NCBI GenBank assembly: GCA_963845145.1
Contig: CAWJQU010000017.1
Coordinates: forward strand, 32,001 to 96,000
Reading direction: 5' to 3'
From: an uncultured delta proteobacterium
GTDB lineage: Bacteria > Desulfobacterota > Desulfobacteria > Desulfobacterales > QNYZ01
DNA length: 64,000 bases
The translations under genes were made by a program, and so were the position numbers. Of this stretch, positions 11,804-22,526 are shown piece by piece. How positions within the stretch are numbered: the first letter of the stretch is position 1; each line of letters begins with the position of its first letter. A model generated the notes under the pieces. The model searched no databases and was not told the DNA's origin. It saw only the letters and a program-made list of their open reading frames with translations.

Positions 11804-12613
11804 ATGCATTCAACCCGCTGGATTACCGGCCTGATCGCCGCCCCGCTTTTGATTCTACTTATCGTTGCGGGTGGTCGCACCTTGTTTACGCTGTTTGTGG
11901 CTACCGCCGCGATGGCGGCCGTTTGGGAATACAACCGGATATTTTTTCACACCACCTCTGAGAAAAAACCTGCCCGATACTTTCTCCCCGAATATGTTTT
12001 TTCTGCGCTCATCGTGCTGGTTGCCGGCACAGGTGCCCCGGAATGGGTACTGTTTACCCTTTTTGCCGGTCTTGTCGGTCTGGGCTTTTTTTCGCTGTGG
12101 CGATTCAAAGATGAATCTCAAGTGGGGAAAATGGTCGCGGGCCAGATTCAGGGGATTGTCTACATTGCGCTTCCACTTGCCCTTATCGTCCTGATTCGCA
12201 CCGGCAACGCCGGCCGATTCTGGGTTTTGGCGCTTTTAGTCACCATATTTGCCGGCGACACGGCGGCCTATTATTGCGGAACGTATCTGGGAAAACGCAA
12301 ACTCTGCCCCTGGGTGAGTCCTAAAAAAACGGTCGAAGGTGCCCTGGGCGGTCTGGCCGCTAATTTTATGGTTGGATTTATTTTAAAACTGTTTTTTCTG
12401 CCCCAGGTCGGTTGGATTTCGGTGCTGGTAATGTGTGTTCTTTTGGGTGCCGTGGGCCAGGTCGGGGATTTGTTTGAATCCGTACTAAAGCGTACTGCCG
12501 ATATTAAGGATTCCGGGAATATTTTACCCGGCCACGGCGGCATTCTCGATCGCATTGATGCGCTTTTATTCGCCGCCCCGGTGGCGTGGATTTTTATCGC
12601 GAAAGTACTTTAA
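11804..12613 (+). CDS. cdsA: Phosphatidate cytidylyltransferase
   Basis: SPKKTVEG, GDLFES.LKR..IKDSGNILPGHGGILDRID; ATG 11804 after GGAG. Confidence 0.95.
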   Translation: MHSTRWITGLIAAPLLILLIVAGGRTLFTLFVATAAMAAVWEYNRIFFHTTSEKKPARYFLPEYVFSALIVLVAGTGAPEWVLFTLFAGLVGLGFFSLWRFKDESQVGKMVAGQIQGIVYIALPLALIVLIRTGNAGRFWVLALLVTIFAGDTAAYYCGTYLGKRKLCPWVSPKKTVEGALGGLAANFMVGFILKLFFLPQVGWISVLVMCVLLGAVGQVGDLFESVLKRTADIKDSGNILPGHGGILDRIDALLFAAPVAWIFIAKVL

Positions 12614-13771
12614 ATGATGACCCGTTATCTGAGCATTCTAGGGGCCACTGGCTCCATTGGTCAAAATACCTTGGAAATTGTGGATCGGTTTCCCGATCGA
12701 TTTAAGGTAAAAGCCTTGTCGGCCAAAAGCCAAATGTCCCTGCTGGCCGAGCAGATCAGACGCTATCATCCGGAGGTGGTGGCGGTTGGGGACGAACAGC
12801 GGGCCGAGGAATTAAGTGCTTTATTGCGCAATGATACTGATGTCGAGATCGTTTTCGGTGAATCAGGGCTTTGCCACATTGTTGCCCTGCACGACGTCAA
12901 TCTGGTGGTGACTGCCGTGGTGGGCGCAGTGGGACTTTTGCCGACGCTGGCAGCCATTGATGCGGGTAAGGACATCGCCCTGGCCAACAAGGAAACCCTG
13001 GTCATGGCAGGGCAGGTCGTCATGCATCGGGCCGCCGAAAAAGGGATTCATATTTTCCCGGTGGATAGTGAACACAGTGCTATCTTTCAGTGTCTGGCCG
13101 GCAATCGGAAACAAGATGTCGAGCGTATTCTGCTCACCGGATCAGGCGGTCCGTTCCGAACCATGCCCAAAAATCAATTTGATTCGGTGGGTATTGAAGA
13201 GGCTTTAAACCACCCCAACTGGGAGATGGGACGAAAAATTACGATCGATTCGGCCACTATGATGAACAAAGGGCTGGAGATCATCGAGGCCAAATGGTTG
13301 TTCGATGTTTCAGTGGACACCATTCAGGTGCTTGTTCACCCACAAAGTATTGTCCATTCCATGGTGGCTTTCAAGGACGGATCGGTCATTGCCCAGCTGG
13401 GGGTTCCGGATATGAAAGGGGCCATCGCCTGTGCGCTTTCGTGGCCCGAACGCCTGAATATCGGTCAACCGGTGCCTGATTTTCCGGCCTTGCACCAATT
13501 GACGTTTGAGGCTCCGGACACGGCTAAGTTTAGCTGCTTGCGGATAGCGATGGAGGCGTGTGCTGCCGCCGGAACCATGCCGGCCGTTTTGAACGCGGCC
13601 AATGAAATGGCGGTTTATGCTTTCTTAGATGGCAAAATTGGTTTTACGGCCATTCCCAGGCTGATTCAAACCGTGATGGAAGATCACCACTGGCAGGCCG
13701 ACCCGGCACTGGAAGATATTATCGGCGCCGATCGATGGGCTCGGGAAGCGGCACAACGGGTGATGGCGTAG
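12614..13771 (+). CDS. dxr: 1-deoxy-D-xylulose 5-phosphate reductoisomerase
   Basis: LGATGSIG, LANKE, PVDSEH, HPNWEMG.KITIDSA. Confidence 0.97.
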   Translation: MMTRYLSILGATGSIGQNTLEIVDRFPDRFKVKALSAKSQMSLLAEQIRRYHPEVVAVGDEQRAEELSALLRNDTDVEIVFGESGLCHIVALHDVNLVVTAVVGAVGLLPTLAAIDAGKDIALANKETLVMAGQVVMHRAAEKGIHIFPVDSEHSAIFQCLAGNRKQDVERILLTGSGGPFRTMPKNQFDSVGIEEALNHPNWEMGRKITIDSATMMNKGLEIIEAKWLFDVSVDTIQVLVHPQSIVHSMVAFKDGSVIAQLGVPDMKGAIACALSWPERLNIGQPVPDFPALHQLTFEAPDTAKFSCLRIAMEACAAAGTMPAVLNAANEMAVYAFLDGKIGFTAIPRLIQTVMEDHHWQADPALEDIIGADRWAREAAQRVMA

Positions 13772-13953
13772 GGATAAACAGAGAAAAGTTTTGGGATTGA
13801 AGGGGTCAGGGGGGCGAGGAAGGGGATCGGCAACCGGTGGCAATTGGCTTGTCGCAATACCGCGAAGATCCCCATTGTGGAAACCCCAGGCCCTTTTGTT
13901 ATCCGAAAGAACCGAAGAACAATAAACCATAATCAATTCAAACGAGCTTTTTT

Positions 13954-15039
13954 ATGAACAGTATATTTGCCTTTATCATCGTTTTGGGTGTTTTGATTTT
14001 CGTTCATGAGTTCGGCCATTTTATCGTGGCTCGATTCTGTGGCGTCGGCGTAGAGAAATTTTCTCTGGGGTTCGGGCCGCGCATATTCGGCAGAAAATTC
14101 GGCATGACCGATTATCGGGTGTCGGCCGTACCATTAGGGGGGTACGTTAAAATGGTGGGTGAAGAGCCGGATGCTGACATTTCCGAAGAGATGTTGCCCT
14201 TGTCCTTTACCCACAAGCCCGTATGGAAACGTTTTCTGATCGTGGCAGCCGGACCTGGGTTCAATCTGTTTCTGGCGGTCGTTATTTTTTTCTTCCTTAA
14301 CCTGTTCGTGGGTTTGTTTATTCTTAAATCCACCATTGGCGACATCAAACCGGATTCTCCCGCTGCGGCTGCAGGAATCAGCGCCGGTGATGAAGTGGTC
14401 GCCATTGACGGCCAGGGGGTGGACAGTTGGGTTAAAATGGCCGAACTGATTTCCGGTAGCGGGGGGCGGGAGCTGGAAATAACGGTGCGCCGTGATGGGG
14501 CAGTGGTCAATCATCGCTTGCAGCCCACCAAGATTACGGATAAAAATCTTTTCGGTGAGGAGGTGGAGCGTTACGTCATCGGGATTACTTCGGCCGGGGA
14601 TGTATATACTCAAAAATACGGGATTGTAGCCGCTATGAAGCAAGGGGTGGTGCAAACCTGGCGTATTGTCGAACTGACCGTTCTGAGCGTTGCCAAAATC
14701 ATTTCGGGCAAAATTTCGGCCCGTAATATCGGCGGCCCGGTTGCCATCGCCCAGATGGCTGGCCAGCAGGCGCAGCAGGGGATAGTCAGCTTAATTTCGT
14801 TTATTGCTCTTTTGAGCGTCAACCTGGCCATCTTGAACTTTCTTCCGATCCCCGTACTGGACGGCGGCCATCTGCTTTTCTTTGCCATCGAAGCGATCAT
14901 ACGCCGGCCGGTCAGCATTCGCGTGCGGGAAGTGGCCCAGCAGGCGGGTATTTTCCTGTTGATTCTGTTGATGATTCTCGTTTTTTATAATGATATCAGC
15001 AATTGGATGACCGGTTGGACACCTTTGGGGGGAAATTGA
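13954..15039 (+). CDS. rseP: RIP metalloprotease RseP
   Basis: HEFGH, PDZ region, NFLPIPVLDGGH. Confidence 0.95.
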   Translation: MNSIFAFIIVLGVLIFVHEFGHFIVARFCGVGVEKFSLGFGPRIFGRKFGMTDYRVSAVPLGGYVKMVGEEPDADISEEMLPLSFTHKPVWKRFLIVAAGPGFNLFLAVVIFFFLNLFVGLFILKSTIGDIKPDSPAAAAGISAGDEVVAIDGQGVDSWVKMAELISGSGGRELEITVRRDGAVVNHRLQPTKITDKNLFGEEVERYVIGITSAGDVYTQKYGIVAAMKQGVVQTWRIVELTVLSVAKIISGKISARNIGGPVAIAQMAGQQAQQGIVSLISFIALLSVNLAILNFLPIPVLDGGHLLFFAIEAIIRRPVSIRVREVAQQAGIFLLILLMILVFYNDISNWMTGWTPLGGN

Positions 15040-15114
15040 GATCAGGTAAATTTGGAAAAATAGTGGCAATAATGGTGGCAGAAATTGAATACATGTCATA
15101 GTGAAGGACGGGAT

Positions 15115-18111
15115 ATGGCTCACCGGCTGGAAATCACATTAATAGACGATCTGGTTGATGCTGAAGGCGAAAGTATTCGCCGCAAAGCCAGGGACTATTT
15201 TGGTCTTGCTATTGACCGGGTGCGGGTGGTGAAGATTGTCACCATCGATGCCGATCTGACACCGGAACAACTTGAAACCATTCAAACGGGCATCTTCACC
15301 AATCCCGTAACCCAGGTGTCGTCCTATCAACCGCTGTCGATTCCTTTTGATGGTTGTGTCTGGGTCGGATACCGTCCCGGCGTTAAAGACAATCCCGGCG
15401 CCACGGCCATCGAAGCGATCGAAGATATTCTGGGACGCCCTTTTCAACCGGAAGAGGCCGTTTACACGTCCCAGCGTTTTTGTTTTACCGGGGCCGGGCT
15501 AACGCCCGAAGCGATGGACACCATCGCTGGTGAGTTGTTGGCCAATGATATCATTCAGCAGTGGCGGGTGTATCAGCCGGCTGACTGGTCTAAAGAGGCG
15601 GGGATCGGGCTGATTTTACCCAGGGTTGTCCTCGATCATCAGCCCACCCTGACAACCATTTCCGTTGACAGCGATGCCGTCTTGGAAAAACTTAGCGATG
15701 AGCGCAACCTGGCCTTGCATCCCCATGATATTCCGATTATCCGCACCTATTTTCAAAATGAAACCAATCGATCCGAGCGCGCGGCCCAAGGACTTGACGA
15801 GCCTACCGATTTAGAGCTGGAGTACATCTCCCAGGCTCGTAGCGATCATTGCAACCACAATACCTTCAGGGGGCGGTTTTGCTATAAGGATCTGGAAACC
15901 GGAACCGAAGTAGTGGAAGATAACCTCTTTAAAACCTACATTGAGGCGCCGACATTAGCGTTAAAAGAAAAAAAATCTTGGGTGATATCGGTGTTATGGG
16001 ACAATGCCGGGATCGGGCGTTTTGATAATGCGCATAACTACGTGATCACCGGAGAGACTCACAACTCGCCTTCCAATATGGAAGCTTACGGTGGCGCTAT
16101 TACCGGCATTGTCGGTGTCTATCGGGATCCTTTGGGGACGGGAAAAGGGGCCCGGTTGATTATGGGCGGATATGGGTATTGTGTCGGTCCCAGGGAGTAC
16201 GGCGGCCCTCTGCAACCGCGACTTCACCCCCGGCGACTGTTGGACGGGGTGATTGAAGGGGTTCGGGACGGCGGTAACAAAAGCGGTATCCCCACAACCT
16301 TCGGGCAGGTGATGTTTCATCCGGGTTATCTGGGTAAATGTCTGGTTTTTGTTACCGCGGTGGGTTTAATGCCGGCCACCGTGGCGGGGACACCATCCCA
16401 AGAAAAGCACACCTCTCCCGGTGATCTGGCTATTATGTGCGGTGGCCGGGTCGGTAAAGACGGCATTCACGGGGTGACCGCCTCGTCGGAGAGCTTTTCG
16501 GAAAACACGCCGGCCGGACATGTTCAGATCGGTGATCCGTATACCCAAAAGAAAATGCACGACTTCCTTCTCGAAGCTCGGGACGAGGGACTGATTCAGT
16601 TTGTCACAGATAACGGCGGTGGGGGCCTCTCTTCCTCGGTGGGGGAATCGGCACGGTTTTCCAATGGTTGCGAAATTGACCTTGAAAAGATCCCGCTGAA
16701 ATACGACGGCCTCGATCAATGGGAGATCTGGGTGTCGGAATCCCAGGAGCGGATGACCGTGGCGATTCGGCCTGAAGATCTGGAGCGGTTTATGGCCCTT
16801 TCCAATCGTCATGCCGTGGAGAGTTCGGTCATCGGCCGTTACACGGACTCTGGAAAGCTGCATATCCGCTATCAAGGCCGAACATGCGCCTATGTCAACA
16901 TGGATCTTCTCGAGTCCGGATTCCCCCAATGGGCGTTTGATGCCGTGTGGCAATCACCGGACCAGCGGGGATTGCACGAACCGGTTATAGGGGAACCGTC
17001 CGATTATAAACAATTGATCAAAGAGATGCTGGCTAGACCCAATATTGCCTCTACCGAATGGATCGCCCGCCAGTATGATCACGAGGTCCAGGGAACCAGC
17101 ATCGTCAAACCGCTGGTGGGAAAAGAACGGGATGTTCCCAGCGATGCGGCCGTGATCCGTCCTGTATTGACCTCGGAAAAAGGGCTGGCCTTTTCCCAGG
17201 CACTCCTGCCGCTTTATTCGGCTATCGATGCCTATCACATGACCGCAGCCACCATTGATGAAGCCGTGCGACGGATTCTGGCCGTAGGCGGCGATCCGGA
17301 CCATATCGGCGGGGTGGACAATTTTTGCTGGCCCACCATTCAGTATCATCCGGTAAATAATCCCGATGGCAAATTCAAGGCTGCCCAGCTGGTGCGCTCC
17401 TGCCGGGCGTTGAAAGAGATATGCCTGGCCTATGAAATCCCCTTATTATCCGGAAAAGACAGCATGTATGTCGACGGGCATCTGCCGGGTAAATACGGGG
17501 AGGCGCATAAAGTCTCGGCCCTTGCCACCATGCAGTTTTCGACCATTTCGTTGGTTGAGGATGTGGGCCACTGCGTGACCATGGATGCCAAGGCCGCCGG
17601 GGATTTGGTTTATATGCTCGGTGTCACGCGCAATGAATTGGGCGGGTCCGAGTATTACGACCATCATGGATATATCGGAAAAAATGTGCCCCAGGTGGAT
17701 TCTGCAGCTTTTAAGATGCTTTACCGGGCTCTGGCGAAAGCCAACCGTGAGGGGATTGTGGCGTCGGCCCATGGGGTCTATGCCGGCGGGCTTGGCGTAC
17801 ACATGGCCTTAACTGCCATGGCAGGGGGCCTCGGCCTCTCAGTCGATCTATCCAAGGTTCCAGTGGAAGATGTGGCTCGCGACGATCAACTGCTGTTTTC
17901 CGAGTCGGCGGGCCGTTTTATCGTTACCATCGATCCGACCAGAAAAACCGATTTTGAAAAAAGATTTAGCAGCCTGCCCCATGCCCAAATTGGGCATGTA
18001 TCGGAAGATGCAGCGTTAACGATTTATGGCCTGGATGGCGTATCAATTTTAACTGTTTCCGTAGATGAACTGAAAACGGTTTGGCAACAACCGTTCGGAG
18101 AACTGCAATGA
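15115..18111 (+). CDS. purL: Phosphoribosylformylglycinamidine synthase subunit PurL with N-terminal PurS-like extension
   Basis: SDHCNH, ETHNSPS, DGIHGVT, GGGGLSSS, SESQERM, QYDHEV. Confidence 0.92.
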   Translation: MAHRLEITLIDDLVDAEGESIRRKARDYFGLAIDRVRVVKIVTIDADLTPEQLETIQTGIFTNPVTQVSSYQPLSIPFDGCVWVGYRPGVKDNPGATAIEAIEDILGRPFQPEEAVYTSQRFCFTGAGLTPEAMDTIAGELLANDIIQQWRVYQPADWSKEAGIGLILPRVVLDHQPTLTTISVDSDAVLEKLSDERNLALHPHDIPIIRTYFQNETNRSERAAQGLDEPTDLELEYISQARSDHCNHNTFRGRFCYKDLETGTEVVEDNLFKTYIEAPTLALKEKKSWVISVLWDNAGIGRFDNAHNYVITGETHNSPSNMEAYGGAITGIVGVYRDPLGTGKGARLIMGGYGYCVGPREYGGPLQPRLHPRRLLDGVIEGVRDGGNKSGIPTTFGQVMFHPGYLGKCLVFVTAVGLMPATVAGTPSQEKHTSPGDLAIMCGGRVGKDGIHGVTASSESFSENTPAGHVQIGDPYTQKKMHDFLLEARDEGLIQFVTDNGGGGLSSSVGESARFSNGCEIDLEKIPLKYDGLDQWEIWVSESQERMTVAIRPEDLERFMALSNRHAVESSVIGRYTDSGKLHIRYQGRTCAYVNMDLLESGFPQWAFDAVWQSPDQRGLHEPVIGEPSDYKQLIKEMLARPNIASTEWIARQYDHEVQGTSIVKPLVGKERDVPSDAAVIRPVLTSEKGLAFSQALLPLYSAIDAYHMTAATIDEAVRRILAVGGDPDHIGGVDNFCWPTIQYHPVNNPDGKFKAAQLVRSCRALKEICLAYEIPLLSGKDSMYVDGHLPGKYGEAHKVSALATMQFSTISLVEDVGHCVTMDAKAAGDLVYMLGVTRNELGGSEYYDHHGYIGKNVPQVDSAAFKMLYRALAKANREGIVASAHGVYAGGLGVHMALTAMAGGLGLSVDLSKVPVEDVARDDQLLFSESAGRFIVTIDPTRKTDFEKRFSSLPHAQIGHVSEDAALTIYGLDGVSILTVSVDELKTVWQQPFGELQ

Positions 18112-18926
18112 GTAAGATAAATGCCTTGGTCTTAGCAGGCTACGGGCTAAACTGCGATACCGAAACCGCCCACGCCTGCGAGCTGGCCGGCATGGCACCC
18201 ACCCGTGTGCATATCAATGCCCTGATCGACGGCAGTGTCACCCTGGACGACTTTCAGCTGATGGTATTGATCGGCGGCTTCAGCTGGGGGGATGATCACG
18301 GGGGAGGGGTCGTACAGGCTGTTCGAATGAAAACCCATATCGGCGATCAGATGCTGGCCTTCATCGAGCGGGGCAACCTGCTGTTCGGCATCTGCAATGG
18401 TTTTCAGGTCCTGGCGAATATGGGTCTTTTGCCCGGATTCGATAACGACTATACCCGGCGTCTGGCGGCAGTAACCTACAACGATTGCGGCAATTTTCGG
18501 GACCAGTGGGTCCGATTGCGGATCAACGACCGCTCACCGTGCGTCTTTACCCGAGGCATCGAATGTATCGATTTGCCTGTACGCCACGGCGAGGGGAAGT
18601 TTTATGCCCGGGCCGATGTTGTTTCCCGGCTTGAATCCACGGATCAAATCGTCATGCAATATGCCACCGGTGACGGACAAGCCGCTGCAGGCCAATTTCC
18701 AGACAATCCCAACGGGTCGATTCTCGATATTGCCGGTATTTGTGATCCCACCGGCCGAATTTTCGGGTTGATGCCCCACCCGGAAGCCTACAATCACCCT
18801 GCCAACCATCCGGATTGGTTTCTTCAGCGTGAGTTGCGTCGCCGTTCAGGAGAGAAGGCGTCATCTTTCGGTTTAACCGGGATTCGGTTGTTTGAAAACG
18901 CAGCCGACTTTCTAAGTCGTTCATAA
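18108..18926 (+). CDS. purQ: FGAM synthase glutaminase subunit PurQ
   Basis: GGFSWGD, GICNGFQ, HGEG, MPHPE. Confidence 0.93.
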   Translation: MSKINALVLAGYGLNCDTETAHACELAGMAPTRVHINALIDGSVTLDDFQLMVLIGGFSWGDDHGGGVVQAVRMKTHIGDQMLAFIERGNLLFGICNGFQVLANMGLLPGFDNDYTRRLAAVTYNDCGNFRDQWVRLRINDRSPCVFTRGIECIDLPVRHGEGKFYARADVVSRLESTDQIVMQYATGDGQAAAGQFPDNPNGSILDIAGICDPTGRIFGLMPHPEAYNHPANHPDWFLQRELRRRSGEKASSFGLTGIRLFENAADFLSRS

Positions 18927-18962
18927 AGCAATCTAAATATATGGCAGGCGATCTAATTCATC

Positions 18963-21827
18963 ATGCGTATTTCGCTTAAATGGGTTCTTTTGGCCGGTGT
19001 TATCGGCCTGCTGGTTATTTCGGTCTCTATAATCCTTGCGTCTAGTTACCTGACTTCTCAAAAAGTGCTGTCAGGACATGCCCGGGATATTATGGAGAAC
19101 ATCGCCACCTTTACCATTAAGGAATCGCAACACTATTTAAATCCGGCTCAGGATGCGGCCCAACTCACCGAAAAACTGGCCTTCAGCGATGTTGTCAACA
19201 ATCGCCAAACCGATAAATTGGAACGCTATTTTTATGAACAACTCCAGCTACACGGTAGTTTTGCCGGGATCTACATCGGGTTTGTGAATGGCGAGTTTTT
19301 TTATGTAAACCGCAGCAATGTTCAATCACCAGGCGGCTTTCGTACCAAGATCATATCTTTTGAGAAAGAGGTGCGTCGTACCAAACTCATCTGGCGGGAT
19401 TCGAAGATGGGCGCCCTGGGTGAAGAGTGGGACACGCGGGACACCTACGATCCACGCCAAAGACCCTGGTACCGGGATGCCAGCCGTACTCACCAAACTG
19501 TCTGGACAGATCCCTATATTTTCTATACCTCGCAAAAGCCCGGCTTGACCGTCGCCAGCCCGGTTTACGATCCAAACGGGGAATTGATGGGGGTGGTGGG
19601 GGTTGACATCGAAATTGATGAAATCTCAAGATTTCTGTCCAGATTGAAAGTGGGCAAGCATGGACGGGCGTTTATTTTAACCACCAACGGTGATCTGGTG
19701 GCCTTTCCGGATCTGACCAAGATTCGTTCGCCCGCGGGGGATAGCCAAGATAGCTTTCGCCTGGCGAGGATCGATGAGTTAGGCGATATCTTGGCCTTAA
19801 AGGCGTATCAATCCTTGGCGCAACAGGTTAGTGGTTTAACAGGGAATTCCCGGGTGTTCGGCTCTTTCACAGATTCGGGCCATAATTATCACACGATGTT
19901 CGCACCTTTTACCAATTCCCAATGGCCATGGCTGATCGGTATCTACCTGCCCGAAGATGATTACCTGGGAAGCCTAAAGGCCAACCTCACAAAGAATATT
20001 TATATCATGCTGGCCATTGCCGTTTTGGGTAGCTTTATCGGTTTTTTTTTCGTCAAAGGGATTGTGCGCTCTATGGCCGCATTGCAAAAAGAAGCCCAGG
20101 CGGTCCAGGCCTATGATCTCGACACCACGTATGAAAAAAAGTCGCCTATCAGGGAAATTCAGGCTGCGGTCGATTCATTCGCGCAAATGAAAATCGGTTT
20201 GGCCGAATATCAGCGGCAGAACGTGAAACTGGCAGAGACATTGAAGATCCGCGCCGGCGAATTAAAGACCAAAGAGATGCAGTTGCGATCAACCCTGACG
20301 ACGTTGGTCAATTTTACAGATGCGTTGATTGTATTGGATAAGGATCATCGCATAATGTTTTTAAATCCCAAGGCCGAAGAGTTACTGGCGATGCGGTCAA
20401 ATGCGGTGCTGGGACAACCTTTTGTGTTTCCGGTCTCTCCCGGACCGAAAACCGAGATTGAGATCGAGGTCGCGAATGATATCCCCATGATTGCCGAAAT
20501 GCAGGTCGTCGACACCGAATGGGAAGGCGATGGCGCTTTCCTGGTGGCCTTAAGGGATATTACCCCGCGTATACAGATGGAAAAGGAGATCAAGTGGCGT
20601 ACCGACACGCTGCAAATTCTCCATGAGACGGCGCTGGCTCTGTCTGGGCGTAAAACCATGGCTGAACTTTACGAGGCCATCGCGGTCCGTGTGGTGGCGT
20701 CTCTAGACTGTAAAGGCATGTGGATTTTTTCCTGGGATGATGCACAAGAAACATTGCGTGGTGTCTGGAACTTCCGGTTACAGCCGGACATTGTCGATCG
20801 CCAGGCGCTGGTAGCCTATGGATTGTTCGACCGTGTAATGTCCGAGGGGCGGAGCCTGCTGGAAGAAAAATGCAATGCAAGTCGATTTCCCGGACTGATC
20901 GGCGAGAACGAAACCGTTGATTTTGATCAGTGCATCGCAACCCCGCTTATATGGGGTAGTCGCACGTTGGGCATCATGGTGGCCGGTCGGAACCGTGGCC
21001 AGGCTTTTAGTGGAAAAGATGTTGTTCTATTGGAACAGTTCGGTCCATTGGCGGCAGCAGCCATGGATCAAAATCGACTGCTGATCGAGGCCGAAGGGTT
21101 CTATCGGCGGGCCGAGGAGGATGCCCGCACCAAGTCGGTCCTGCTCAAGGAAATAAACCATCGCGTTAAAAACAATTTGGCTTCCATTATCGGGCTTTTG
21201 TATGCAGAAAAGAACCACAACCCAGCCCGGAAACAGGCCGATTTTCAGGATGCATTGGACGGGGTCATTCATCAAATTCAAGGCTTAGCCACGGTCCACG
21301 ATTTACTGAATGCTGCTGACTGGCGCCCGTTGCCCCTGGGTGAACTGGTGGACAAGGTCATTCAAAGTGCTTTGCTGGTGCTGCCCCGCAATAAGGAGAT
21401 CAACGTCCACATCACCCCCGCATCCATTGGTGTTGCGCCGGTGGTGGCCACTAGTCTGGCCATGATCGTCAACGAGTGTGCCACCAATACCACTAAATAT
21501 GCCCTTACGGGACGGCATAATGGGCGAATTGATGTTCAAATCAATCTGCTTGACAAAGACCGGCTAGTTGAATTAATCCATCGTGACGATGGCCCCGGCT
21601 ATCCGGCGGACGTTTTGCGTTTTAAACGGTACAATACCGGATTGTACCTGTTGAAAAACATTGTGGAGCTGGAGTTAAATGGCCGCTTGACTTTATTAAA
21701 CGACAAAGGGGCGGTAACGCGTTTTCTTTTTCAATTGGACCCGAACGAAAATGGTGCCGACCAAACCTGGTCCGGGGCCGCCATCCACGGAATGTCCGAT
21801 AAGGTGAAGCCGTCCATAGACATTTGA
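18963..21827 (+). CDS. Membrane sensor histidine kinase (TM-dCache-TM-HAMP-PAS-GAF-HisKA_2-HATPase)
   Basis: YDPRQRPWY/WTDPY dCache motif; EINHRVKNNL H-box of HisKA_2 type; NECATNTTKYA and DDGPG. Confidence 0.88.
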   Translation: MRISLKWVLLAGVIGLLVISVSIILASSYLTSQKVLSGHARDIMENIATFTIKESQHYLNPAQDAAQLTEKLAFSDVVNNRQTDKLERYFYEQLQLHGSFAGIYIGFVNGEFFYVNRSNVQSPGGFRTKIISFEKEVRRTKLIWRDSKMGALGEEWDTRDTYDPRQRPWYRDASRTHQTVWTDPYIFYTSQKPGLTVASPVYDPNGELMGVVGVDIEIDEISRFLSRLKVGKHGRAFILTTNGDLVAFPDLTKIRSPAGDSQDSFRLARIDELGDILALKAYQSLAQQVSGLTGNSRVFGSFTDSGHNYHTMFAPFTNSQWPWLIGIYLPEDDYLGSLKANLTKNIYIMLAIAVLGSFIGFFFVKGIVRSMAALQKEAQAVQAYDLDTTYEKKSPIREIQAAVDSFAQMKIGLAEYQRQNVKLAETLKIRAGELKTKEMQLRSTLTTLVNFTDALIVLDKDHRIMFLNPKAEELLAMRSNAVLGQPFVFPVSPGPKTEIEIEVANDIPMIAEMQVVDTEWEGDGAFLVALRDITPRIQMEKEIKWRTDTLQILHETALALSGRKTMAELYEAIAVRVVASLDCKGMWIFSWDDAQETLRGVWNFRLQPDIVDRQALVAYGLFDRVMSEGRSLLEEKCNASRFPGLIGENETVDFDQCIATPLIWGSRTLGIMVAGRNRGQAFSGKDVVLLEQFGPLAAAAMDQNRLLIEAEGFYRRAEEDARTKSVLLKEINHRVKNNLASIIGLLYAEKNHNPARKQADFQDALDGVIHQIQGLATVHDLLNAADWRPLPLGELVDKVIQSALLVLPRNKEINVHITPASIGVAPVVATSLAMIVNECATNTTKYALTGRHNGRIDVQINLLDKDRLVELIHRDDGPGYPADVLRFKRYNTGLYLLKNIVELELNGRLTLLNDKGAVTRFLFQLDPNENGADQTWSGAAIHGMSDKVKPSIDI

Positions 21828-21869
21828 CATAAGAAGACGACACACCATAAATATAGGAGATGTACCTAA

Positions 21870-22478
21870 TTGTCATCCGAATGCTTAAACGTTCTTATCG
21901 CCGAAGATGAAGTTCTTGTCGCCGAAGCGGTGAAAGGTATGTTGGCTGCTCTGGGCCACACTGTTGTCGGACATGCCGCCAATGGACGCCAGGCGGTCGC
22001 ACTTGCCGTCGCTTTGCAACCCGACGCGATTTTGCTGGATATGAAAATGCCGGAAATGAATGGTTTGGAAGCCGCGCGTCAAATATCCGAAACCTGTCCG
22101 ACCCCCATCGTGGTCCTGACGGCCTTTCAATCGCGTGAATTTGTCACCAAAGCCAGCATGGTGGGCGCCGGCGCATTTTTAACCAAACCCACGACACTTC
22201 TCGAACTGGAACGAGCCTTAATCATTGCCACAGCACGGTTTAAGGATATCCGGGATCTGCAACATCAAAATGAAGCGCTATCCAATACCCTTGAGCAAGT
22301 GCGGCAACTAAAAGGGATACTGCCAATCTGTTCCGGGTGCAAAAAGATCCGAGATGAAAAAGGGGACTGGCATCAAGTCGAAAGCTATATCCATGACTAC
22401 ACGGGCGTAGATTTCAGCCACGGTATCTGCCCGGATTGCGTCACTGTGCTATACGCCGATTACGAAGATTTGCTTTGA
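21870..22478 (+). CDS. Response regulator with C-terminal Cys-rich domain
   Basis: AEDE, LLDMKMP, LTKP receiver motifs; tail LPICSGCKKIRD...W...FSHGICPDC. Confidence 0.85.
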   Translation: MSSECLNVLIAEDEVLVAEAVKGMLAALGHTVVGHAANGRQAVALAVALQPDAILLDMKMPEMNGLEAARQISETCPTPIVVLTAFQSREFVTKASMVGAGAFLTKPTTLLELERALIIATARFKDIRDLQHQNEALSNTLEQVRQLKGILPICSGCKKIRDEKGDWHQVESYIHDYTGVDFSHGICPDCVTVLYADYEDLL

Positions 22479-22526
22479 ACGCCCTTATCAAACGACAATT
22501 ACAAACTACTGAAAAAGGAGAAAAGT

